A model generated the notes under the pieces. It worked only from the letters and a program-made list of their open reading frames with translations. It made no database searches and had not been told where the DNA came from. A stretch of 39,002 nt of DNA from a virus (Duplodnaviria > Caudoviricetes): IMG/VR virus record IMGVR_UViG_3300016467_000609, positions 1-39,002 of that record; one strand, 5' to 3'. Made by a program: the position numbers and the translations under genes. Below are positions 8,970 through 15,414 of this stretch, piece after piece; position 1 is the stretch's first letter, and each line of letters starts with the position of its first letter.

Positions 8970-9150
8970 CTTCGCCAACGCCATCAACGCTGAAGCCAAC
9001 CGAGCGATCGAGGAGCTTCGCGACTACGGACGCCTGCTGGCGCAATCGGGTGTGGGTCTCATGGCTGATGAACTCACCCGCTCCAGCTTCGACATGAAAC
9101 ACATTCGCCAGGGCTTCAAGGAGCAGCTGCGCGACTACCCCAACGGATGA
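8962..9150 (+). CDS. Hypothetical protein
   Basis: AAGGAG RBS, GTG start overlapping upstream stop. Confidence 0.6.
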   Translation: MSDFANAINAEANRAIEELRDYGRLLAQSGVGLMADELTRSSFDMKHIRQGFKEQLRDYPNG

Positions 9151-9160
9151 AAGGACAACT

Positions 9161-9346
9161 ATGAGCAAGGAACAACCCACACACGACGAGAAGCTGCGGA
9201 CGCTGCAGGGCGAGGAAACTGGCTGGGGCTACTGGATCAGCGCGCCGCCTGTTCCGACTCATCTGTGGACGAACGAGGACTGGCTTCGGTTCATTGGCAC
9301 CCGCTGGTATCGGAAGACCTCGACGGCGACTTCATCGGGCAACTGA
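9161..9346 (+). CDS. Hypothetical Trp-rich protein
   Basis: AAAGGA RBS. Confidence 0.6.
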   Translation: MSKEQPTHDEKLRTLQGEETGWGYWISAPPVPTHLWTNEDWLRFIGTRWYRKTSTATSSGN

Positions 9347-9355
9347 TCGGATTGC

Positions 9356-9384
9356 TACAAAGTCCACTTTCGGTTTTGCACAAT
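9356..9384 (+). promoter_or_regulatory. TCCA-box promoter
   Basis: TACAAA-GTCCACT..17-CACAAT then AAATCATCG. Confidence 0.55.
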
Positions 9385-9418
9385 AAATCATCGCAAAACA
9401 AACGAAAGGAACCTAGCG

Positions 9419-9748
9419 ATGACACCCGAACAGCGCGACCAATACCTAAGAGGCATCGCCGCATCAGCGCCCGAAGTGCGCGTCAATCCTGAAGTGGTGC
9501 GACAGGCTATTCTGCAGACGGCCTTCGATCACCTCGCCAACCCGCAAGACTGGCGAGCTCCGATCCACGCCACGGTGACGATCCACGAGCACGACGCGAT
9601 CAGCCTGGCCATCTACTGCGAAGCCATCAAGCACTTCACGGCCACCGAACCGTCCATCTACATCGTCGATGGCTTCAACCCGAAGACCAGAACGGCCACC
9701 TACCGGATCGTGAGCGAAGGCTACCGACTCGGACCGGCAGGAGCATGA
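9419..9748 (+). CDS. Hypothetical protein
   Basis: AAAGGA RBS. Confidence 0.7.
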   Translation: MTPEQRDQYLRGIAASAPEVRVNPEVVRQAILQTAFDHLANPQDWRAPIHATVTIHEHDAISLAIYCEAIKHFTATEPSIYIVDGFNPKTRTATYRIVSEGYRLGPAGA

Positions 9749-9942
9749 CCATGACGCCCAAAGCACAAGCACAGCTGGCGATGGAGGCGCTCGACCAGGC
9801 CGTCAACTACATCCAGGACAAGCTGGACGTTCAGACCGGCGACGCCGCAGGCATCTTCTTCTCGGGCAACACCTCCGAGCAGGTGCTTCGGGCCTTTGTG
9901 GACTACATCAGTCTGGAGCTGTCACTGAAGGAGCCGCTGTGA
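9745..9942 (+). CDS. Hypothetical protein
   Basis: AGGAG RBS, coupled start. Confidence 0.65.
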   Translation: MTMTPKAQAQLAMEALDQAVNYIQDKLDVQTGDAAGIFFSGNTSEQVLRAFVDYISLELSLKEPL

Positions 9943-10163
9943 GGATCAACAAGCGACTCCGAGAACAGTTTCGGATGTACGAGCGCAAGGGCTTCAAGCC
10001 AATCTCGGCCGAGCCCAGCGGCCACCACATCAAAGTGATGTTCGAAGGCATTGAGAAGCCTTTCTACCTGACGGCCAACGCGACCGACCCCCGGTCCTAC
10101 CTCAACAACATCGCCGACCTGCGACGCATCGCCAACGCACCGAAGAGGGGACACAAGCGATGA
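9939..10163 (+). CDS. HicA-like small basic protein
   Basis: GF....SGHHIKV...TDPRSYLNNIADLRR resembles phage HicA-like toxin pattern; AAGGAG RBS. Confidence 0.45.
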   Translation: MRINKRLREQFRMYERKGFKPISAEPSGHHIKVMFEGIEKPFYLTANATDPRSYLNNIADLRRIANAPKRGHKR

Positions 10164-10217
10164 GCGGGCCACAATTCACCCTAACGATTAACTCACCACT
10201 GACAAAGGAGAACGAAA

Positions 10218-10634
10218 GTGCCTAAAATCATCAACGGCGTCACCTGCCGAACACGCGAAGAAAGCCTGAAGCACATCATCAAGCAGGCCAACAAAGGCAA
10301 GATCGGCGCGGCTCACGCAAAAGACGGAGGCTTCGGCGGCAGCTGCCTGTACGAATACCCCTCTGGAAACCACTGCGCGGTCGGCTGTCTGCTCAGCAAG
10401 AAACAGCTGAAGGACTTGCAACGTCGCGAACTGATGGAGATGTCCATCGGTCACGTTTCAAAGTACGTCGGCGCCGTGAACCTGGAAGCCGTCACCGGAA
10501 TGACGCTTGAGGAGCTGGAAAAGCTCCAGAGGGTTCACGACAAAGCCATGTCGGAAAGCCCGCTCACGCAGGCTGGGATCGACGTTGCCAACTACTGCAA
10601 GGAACAGCTGAAAAACCTCAAGGCCAACGTATAA
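10218..10634 (+). CDS. Hypothetical protein
   Basis: AAAGGAG RBS, GTG start; CLY....G.HCAVGCL motif. Confidence 0.7.
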   Translation: MPKIINGVTCRTREESLKHIIKQANKGKIGAAHAKDGGFGGSCLYEYPSGNHCAVGCLLSKKQLKDLQRRELMEMSIGHVSKYVGAVNLEAVTGMTLEELEKLQRVHDKAMSESPLTQAGIDVANYCKEQLKNLKANV

Positions 10635-10642
10635 GAAAAGCC

Positions 10643-10674
10643 CGAAAAGGACGAGCGAATCGTCCTTTCGTTTT
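10643..10674 (+). terminator. Intrinsic terminator ending the left-arm operon
   Basis: AAAGGACGA-gcgaa-TCGTCCTTT then CGTTTT. Confidence 0.6.
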
Positions 10675-10694
10675 CAAACTCGAGGCCATGGCAC

Positions 10695-10708
10695 GTAAGT
10701 TGTTGATG
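10695..10708 (-). promoter_or_regulatory. IHF-like site
   Basis: TAAGTTGTTGATG matches the reverse of WATCAANNNNTTR except the terminal W. Confidence 0.4.
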
Positions 10709-11321
10709 TTAAAGGCTTTTCCGCCAAAAGCCGCTCCTATAAGACTACTGCTTAAAAAATAAGCATCCTATAAGGTCGAAACCAGGAACGAACCTCGACG
10801 TTTCTGATCGACCGAAACGACCTTGGCCAAGCGTCAGAACAGCACCAGAACGCGATCCAATCGACCAGCTGAACCACCGACCGCACCGACCTCGGAAAAC
10901 GTCTCAAAACGCGATCTATCGAACCGAGCCCAAGAAAGCCCACTTCCCGCAACAAGGAACAAGCAACTTCAGGAACAACTACATACATCTATAAGAAGGG
11001 CCAGGAATTCCCAACAACTTCCCGCACAACGAAGTACGGCAAGACTTCCGTATACAGACGATCGGCATCAACAAGAACGACGACGGAAAAAACAACCTCG
11101 GCGACGGAGAACAAGAACAACACGGAGAAGAACAAAGAGCGGAACAAGAAGGAAGTGAAAGTCAAAGAACGGGGCGGAAAGAAAGGAGAACAGAACGACA
11201 ACAACAACAACGGGGCGGAAGTAGTCCCTTCATCAATCGCAAGCCAATCTCACACAACCTTATAGAAAAAAGTTCGGCGCGAAATCACAAAGTCCAATGC
11301 CGACAACAACTTACATCCGTT

Positions 11322-11400
11322 TTCAGGTACGGCAGCAGGGTCGTATGTAGAGCCATGGAGTCGATTTCAGGTACGGCAGGCGCGAAGCTCAGGCGTACGG
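11322..11400 (+). repeat. Module A copy 1: TTCAGGTACGGC-..CCATGG..-TTCAGGTACGGC
   Basis: 12-mers at 11322 and 11366 (44 bp apart), CCATGG at 11353. Confidence 0.85.
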
Positions 11401-11421
11401 AGATGGAACTGGTAGGCCGCT

Positions 11422-11657
11422 CCTATAAGGTTTCCATGGGCTTTGTATAAGGTTTCCATGGCCGTTTTTGGCCTCTCCTATAAGGTTCCATGGCTTGCCC
11501 TATAAGATTTCCTATAAGGTTCCATGGACGCTGTATAAGGTTTGGCTCAACCATGCGGTTTGCGCCCTATAAGGTTCCATGGCCTTCCTATAAGGTTTCC
11601 TATAAGAATGCAGCATCGCAGGCCATTCTCAGGCCATGGACAAAGCTCAGGCCATGG
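11422..11657 (+). repeat. Phased array of (CC)TATAAGG-TT(T)-CCATGG units
   Basis: TATAAG at 11424, 11446, 11479, 11501, 11513, 11534, 11568, 11589, 11601; CCATGG at 11434, 11456, 11488, 11522, 11577, 11634, 11652. Confidence 0.9.
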
Positions 11658-11685
11658 AGACTTTCTAGGCCAGTGCGAGTGCCCA

Positions 11686-11714
11686 ATGAATGTCCGCTCT
11701 CGGTCTGGTGTAAT
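11686..11714 (+). promoter_or_regulatory. TCC-box promoter
   Basis: ATGAAT-GTCCGC..17-TGTAAT then TCAATCACTG. Confidence 0.5.
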
Positions 11715-11752
11715 TCAATCACTGCGATGTTGCAGCGAAACGAGAGACGGAA

Positions 11753-11965
11753 ATGCTAAAGGTCAAGATCAAATCCTACGATGAGCACTTCGACACCTAT
11801 GCCTGCGAGTTCACCGACAGCCTAAACGAGACGACGATCCAGTCGCTCATTCCTGCGGTGATGCTGCCCTACGTTGCGCCGACGGTGTGCGCGCTGTGTG
11901 AAGACCTTCCATTCGAAGCGGTCGGTTTCTCCTTCTACCTGCAGCTGCCGAAAGAAGGTGCGTGA
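11753..11965 (+). CDS. Hypothetical protein
   Basis: Downstream of promoter; coupled to next ORF. Confidence 0.55.
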   Translation: MLKVKIKSYDEHFDTYACEFTDSLNETTIQSLIPAVMLPYVAPTVCALCEDLPFEAVGFSFYLQLPKEGA

Positions 11966-12213
11966 TGAACATCCTGGACAACTGCAACCTGACAGACAAG
12001 GAAGCGGACTTTCTGGTGCCTGCGATCAACTACTTCGGCGCAGGTTCTCATCCATGCGCTGACGAAGCGTCCATCTACTTCTTCACGCCCAACTACGCGA
12101 TCGAGTGTTTGGACAAAGCGATCGAGTCGGCATCGCTCAATCCGTTCTTTCCGATGAGCTTTGCGCTTGCGCTGAAGGAAAAGCTGGAAACGCATCAAGC
12201 CCAATTCGCTTGA
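11962..12213 (+). CDS. Hypothetical protein
   Basis: GTGATG overlap with upstream stop; AAGG upstream. Confidence 0.6.
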   Translation: MMNILDNCNLTDKEADFLVPAINYFGAGSHPCADEASIYFFTPNYAIECLDKAIESASLNPFFPMSFALALKEKLETHQAQFA

Positions 12214-12307
12214 TGCCTACGAACCGAGTGCAACGCTCGGTTCCTGGTCAGCCTGAACAGTCCATGGAGTACGGCGAGACCGAAGTTGGACTCCCGCTCG
12301 GACGAAG

Positions 12308-12386
12308 TTCAGGTACGGCTGGACAGAAGTCAGGGCCGTCCATGGAAGAAATTCAGGTACGGCAGGGCTGAAGTTGGAGTACGGCT
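12308..12386 (+). repeat. Module A copy 2
   Basis: TTCAGGTACGGC at 12308 and 12352 (44 bp apart), CCATGG at 12340. Confidence 0.85.
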
Positions 12387-12461
12387 AGGACGAAGCGTGC
12401 GTAGAGGTAGGAGCGCAGGTAGGCGCTCGGGTGCGCGTGTCCATGGACGGCGGCGGAACGC

Positions 12462-12518
12462 GGATGCGGATCGTCCTCATCCACCCGCCTGGATGCGGAT
12501 CATCCTCATCCGCATCCA
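12462..12518. repeat. Direct plus inverted repeat GGATGCGGATCRTCCTCATCC
   Basis: Copies at 12462-12482 and 12491-12511; perfect 11-bp stem 12490-12500/12508-12518. Confidence 0.8.
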
Positions 12519-12543
12519 ACTCTCCTATAAGACACAAGACCAG

Positions 12544-12588
12544 TCTCCTGTCTTATATAAGACCCATCTCCTGTCTTATATAAGACCC
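12544..12588. repeat. Tandem 22-bp repeat containing the perfect palindrome GTCTTATATAAGAC
   Basis: TCTCCTGTCTTATATAAGACCC at 12544 and 12567. Confidence 0.9.
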
Positions 12589-12765
12589 GCTCCACTCTCC
12601 TACAAGACTTCCGCCCGCCGTTTCTTACCACAAAAAAGCGCGCGCCGTCAATAGGTGAAAACCACTAGAAAAAAATTTACGTGCCCATGGTTTTCAGCAA
12701 AAAATCAGCGTATAATTTACATCACTGCAGCACGGTGCTGCAGTACAAACCAAATGAGGTACATC

Positions 12766-13389
12766 ATGAGCAAAGCAAAGCAAACCACCAACAAGACCAC
12801 CACCACCACCACCGCTGCAGACCTGCAGCAGAACCTAATCGCAGCGTTTCAGGTGCGAATTGATAATGCTGAAAATGAAAACCAGCGCGATTATCTGAAA
12901 AAAGAACAGAATTTTTTCAGCGATAAAAACGCCGAAATCATTATCGAAAAATCAATGAGTCTGATTGATTATGCGCGATTCGCAAATCAGGTGAAAATCA
13001 CCGATAAAAAGAATCGCGATTATCTCGCGCAATATGTAATCAATAAAATTCGTCGTTTTGCATATGGTATCGCAAATAATACAAAATCTTTCATTGATGG
13101 TTATTCGAATTCGATTTTGTTTAATCTTAACGAATTGCAAAATATGACGATGAAATCGCGTTTGGTTTCTCTTTCAAAATCTGCGGTTTATCTTGAGACT
13201 GAAAAGATTCAAGATATTAAGCGCAAAATCAGCGTTTCGCTTAATACTGCAGACACTCAAGCGAGTAGCAGCAAACAAGCATTTATTTTCTTGAATATTA
13301 CAAACGGTCAAAAAGGTAAACGCGACGATGATATCGAATTCAAAGAAAATGAAATTGCAGATTATGTGAAAGCGTGGTTCGCACAATAA
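12766..13389 (+). CDS. AT-rich hypothetical protein, probable distant paralogue of the 1781..2605 C-domain
   Basis: TATAAT at 12711, 5' hairpin 12724-12744, GAGG RBS; motif S.NTADTQA....F..L.IT...KGK. Confidence 0.75.
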   Translation: MSKAKQTTNKTTTTTTAADLQQNLIAAFQVRIDNAENENQRDYLKKEQNFFSDKNAEIIIEKSMSLIDYARFANQVKITDKKNRDYLAQYVINKIRRFAYGIANNTKSFIDGYSNSILFNLNELQNMTMKSRLVSLSKSAVYLETEKIQDIKRKISVSLNTADTQASSSKQAFIFLNITNGQKGKRDDDIEFKENEIADYVKAWFAQ

Positions 13390-13390
13390 T

Positions 13391-13432
13391 AAATAAATGA
13401 GATAATGCGATAATCAATATCGCATTATCTCA
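13391..13432 (-). terminator. 15-bp perfect inverted repeat, possible terminator for leftward transcription
   Basis: TGAGATAATGCGATA-atcaa-TATCGCATTATCTCA; U-rich tail only on the minus strand. Confidence 0.5.
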
Positions 13433-13463
13433 AAATCAAATCAACTGAAAAGGTAAATTAAAA

Positions 13464-13541
13464 ATGAGCGATAAAGTCTTTTTGAATTGCTTATATATTA
13501 TTGGTGTATTTGGTTTTGTGATTATATGGTTAACCAGATAA
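13464..13541 (+). CDS. 25-aa hydrophobic peptide MSDKVFLNCLYIIGVFGFVIIWLTR
   Basis: AAGGT RBS, single TM-like stretch; below ORF track cutoff. Confidence 0.45.
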   Translation: MSDKVFLNCLYIIGVFGFVIIWLTR

Positions 13542-13831
13542 TCAAAAACTGATTATATCGAAAGTCCTAGAAAAATTCTGGGACTATGGGAGCGCACCCT
13601 TCCTCGTTCCGACCCCCAAATCGACCTTCCTTATACCAGGGGCCAAGACCCCGCATCGCAATCCTTATACTTCCACATTGGGAGTTGGGAGTCCAGTCTT
13701 GGGAAGTGAGAAATGGGACCGACCCTGGAAAATTCCCGATTGGGATGTGATGAATCCTTATACTTGCGGACGGGAAGTCCGAGCTGGTTCGCCAATGGTT
13801 CGCCAATCGCTATTCGCGAACTCCGAACGCC

Positions 13832-14218
13832 TCACTCCCAGGGCGGCCGAGCCTCGAAGTGAGAGCGCAGCTTCTCGGCGAACAGCACACGGACCCCGGC
13901 GGCTGTCGCCGCCGCGCACATGTCCCTTGTGCCAGCGCCTCCCTCGAACGCCAGGACGAGATTGGGCTTTCCGAGCTCCAGCATGAGCCGATTCCTGACG
14001 GGGCCAGCTCGATTGCCATGCTTCTTCCAGTCCGCAGGTACACCGTAAGCGGTGCAACCGTCTTTCTGAACCGCCCATTGCTCAGCGAACGTGTCAGCAC
14101 CTTGAGCGCAACCGTGGATGACCAGATCGACCGTTTTCTTCGCGCTGAGAGCATCGAGACACCACCACACGAACTCGCGGTCAGTGAAGTCTCGACCGCC
14201 ACAGACGAGCACCCGCAT
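13832..14218 (-). CDS. SLOG superfamily protein (DUF2493/YspA-like)
   Basis: MRVLVCGGRDF, HGCAQGAD..A..WA, PADWKKHG.RAGPVRN..ML, VLAF.GG.GT.DM. Confidence 0.85.
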   Translation of the reverse strand: MRVLVCGGRDFTDREFVWWCLDALSAKKTVDLVIHGCAQGADTFAEQWAVQKDGCTAYGVPADWKKHGNRAGPVRNRLMLELGKPNLVLAFEGGAGTRDMCAAATAAGVRVLFAEKLRSHFEARPPWE

Positions 14219-14484
14219 TACCGGCTTCCCCGAACCTGAACGCCGTCGTGATCCACTCGTGGATCGTGGCAAGCACAGCCTCGCTCGAAGCAGCCTTGGT
14301 CGATCGTCACGGACTCGACGGCTTCATCCAGGGTTTCGAGGATCGAGCGAAGCTGCGGGATCGCCTTTTCGTCCATCAGAATCGTCACGTCGGGGTAGCG
14401 GGGCATGGCGATCTTCAGCAGACCGTCTTCTTTCCAGACGGTTGCGTAGATCGTGCCGCCGGGGGTTGTGATGCTGTGTCTCAT
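14218..14484 (-). CDS. Hypothetical protein with C-terminal GCxERGCxCHD motif
   Basis: Coupled junctions at both ends. Confidence 0.6.
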   Translation of the reverse strand: MRHSITTPGGTIYATVWKEDGLLKIAMPRYPDVTILMDEKAIPQLRSILETLDEAVESVTIDQGCFERGCACHDPRVDHDGVQVRGSR

Positions 14485-14696
14485 GCGAACTTGTCCGAGT
14501 GAAAATCTTCGTCGCTCATGGGTTGAACCGACGCTCCGCCCAACCACATCAGAAACTGGTCGTACCAGTCGCCTTCATCCATCTCCAGCGGCCAGTGCTG
14601 CGGGTCGAGGTTCGGGTTGGCGTTCTTGAGCTTCCAGTCGGTCGTGAACGTCTCGATGTCGCCCATGATCGAGGCTTTGAATTCGTCGAGGGTCAT
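14481..14696 (-). CDS. Hypothetical protein
   Basis: GGAG RBS, ATGA coupling. Confidence 0.65.
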   Translation of the reverse strand: MTLDEFKASIMGDIETFTTDWKLKNANPNLDPQHWPLEMDEGDWYDQFLMWLGGASVQPMSDEDFHSDKFA

Positions 14697-15196
14697 GCGT
14701 TCTTCTCCCGCAGCTTGGCTTCGTGGGCTGTCAGCAGGTACATGGCCTTCGACGCAGCTTTCCCGTCATTGAAAAGCTCAAACACCAGTTCGGCTTTCTG
14801 TTCCTCCGTCAGCCCCACCCACGGCTTGCTTGGCTGTGGGGATGTGTAGAGCCGGGAATCGGTAGGTTTAATGTTTCGATCTTGCAGCAATGTCGGCAAA
14901 CCTTCGCGGATAACAACACCTGACACCGGCTCCTGCTGTGCTGGCTGCTCATCAAGGTGCGACCAGCAGCAACTGCATGATCCGTCAATACACGGGTCAA
15001 CTTGTGCTGGCTGCTCGGCCAACTTTTCCTCCTCAATGGCGCGATTGCACAAGTCGTGTATCGCTTGAGACCATTCAATACCGCGCTCAATGGCAAGCCT
15101 TTCTGTCAGAAAGCCGCTCAGAAACTCTATTGGCTCTATGGGGTTTTGCCGCTGTGCTGGATGTTTCGCCAGCGTGTCATCGTCTCTGATAGTCAT
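14693..15196 (-). CDS. Variable phage protein (QEPV...LYT.P..WVGLT..E...EAKLREKN type)
   Basis: Motif common in betaproteobacterial phage variable regions; ATGA coupling. Confidence 0.6.
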   Translation of the reverse strand: MTIRDDDTLAKHPAQRQNPIEPIEFLSGFLTERLAIERGIEWSQAIHDLCNRAIEEEKLAEQPAQVDPCIDGSCSCCWSHLDEQPAQQEPVSGVVIREGLPTLLQDRNIKPTDSRLYTSPQPSKPWVGLTEEQKAELVFELFNDGKAASKAMYLLTAHEAKLREKNA

Positions 15197-15411
15197 GCGA
15201 CCACCCATACGGCTTGTCCACCCGTGTGCTCGAAGTCTTCGTGCTTCAGACGGATGTACGCCTGACCGTCCTGGCCGGCGTTTTGCACGTAGCCCTGGAT
15301 GCCCCAAGGTTTCACTTCGGTGACGACGACCATGCAGCCGCCAAACATCTCCCGCTCGGGGTTCACTTGGACGATGTCGCCCTCTCGGATGACGGGTGCT
15401 ATATCAGTCAT
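15193..15411 (-). CDS. Small beta-rich hypothetical protein
   Basis: GGAG RBS; GDIVQV...V.EVKPWG.QGYV. Confidence 0.65.
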   Translation of the reverse strand: MTDIAPVIREGDIVQVNPEREMFGGCMVVVTEVKPWGIQGYVQNAGQDGQAYIRLKHEDFEHTGGQAVWVVA

Positions 15412-15414
15412 GAC

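Noticed and set aside
10823-11158. 111-aa Arg-rich ORF
   Set aside because: TTG start with no RBS; composition is explained by the T-poor strand bias
11422-11657. CRISPR array
   Set aside because: Repeats are short and degenerate, intervals of 12-34 bp are too short and variable for spacers, and no cas genes are visible
11490-11784. ORFs with repeated PIRF/YKV peptides
   Set aside because: Translations of the DNA repeat array, which has frame-breaking indels between units
13398-13432. Protelomerase telRL site
   Set aside because: Only 15-bp arms with an asymmetric 5-nt loop; tel sites are longer continuous palindromes; no protelomerase in the window
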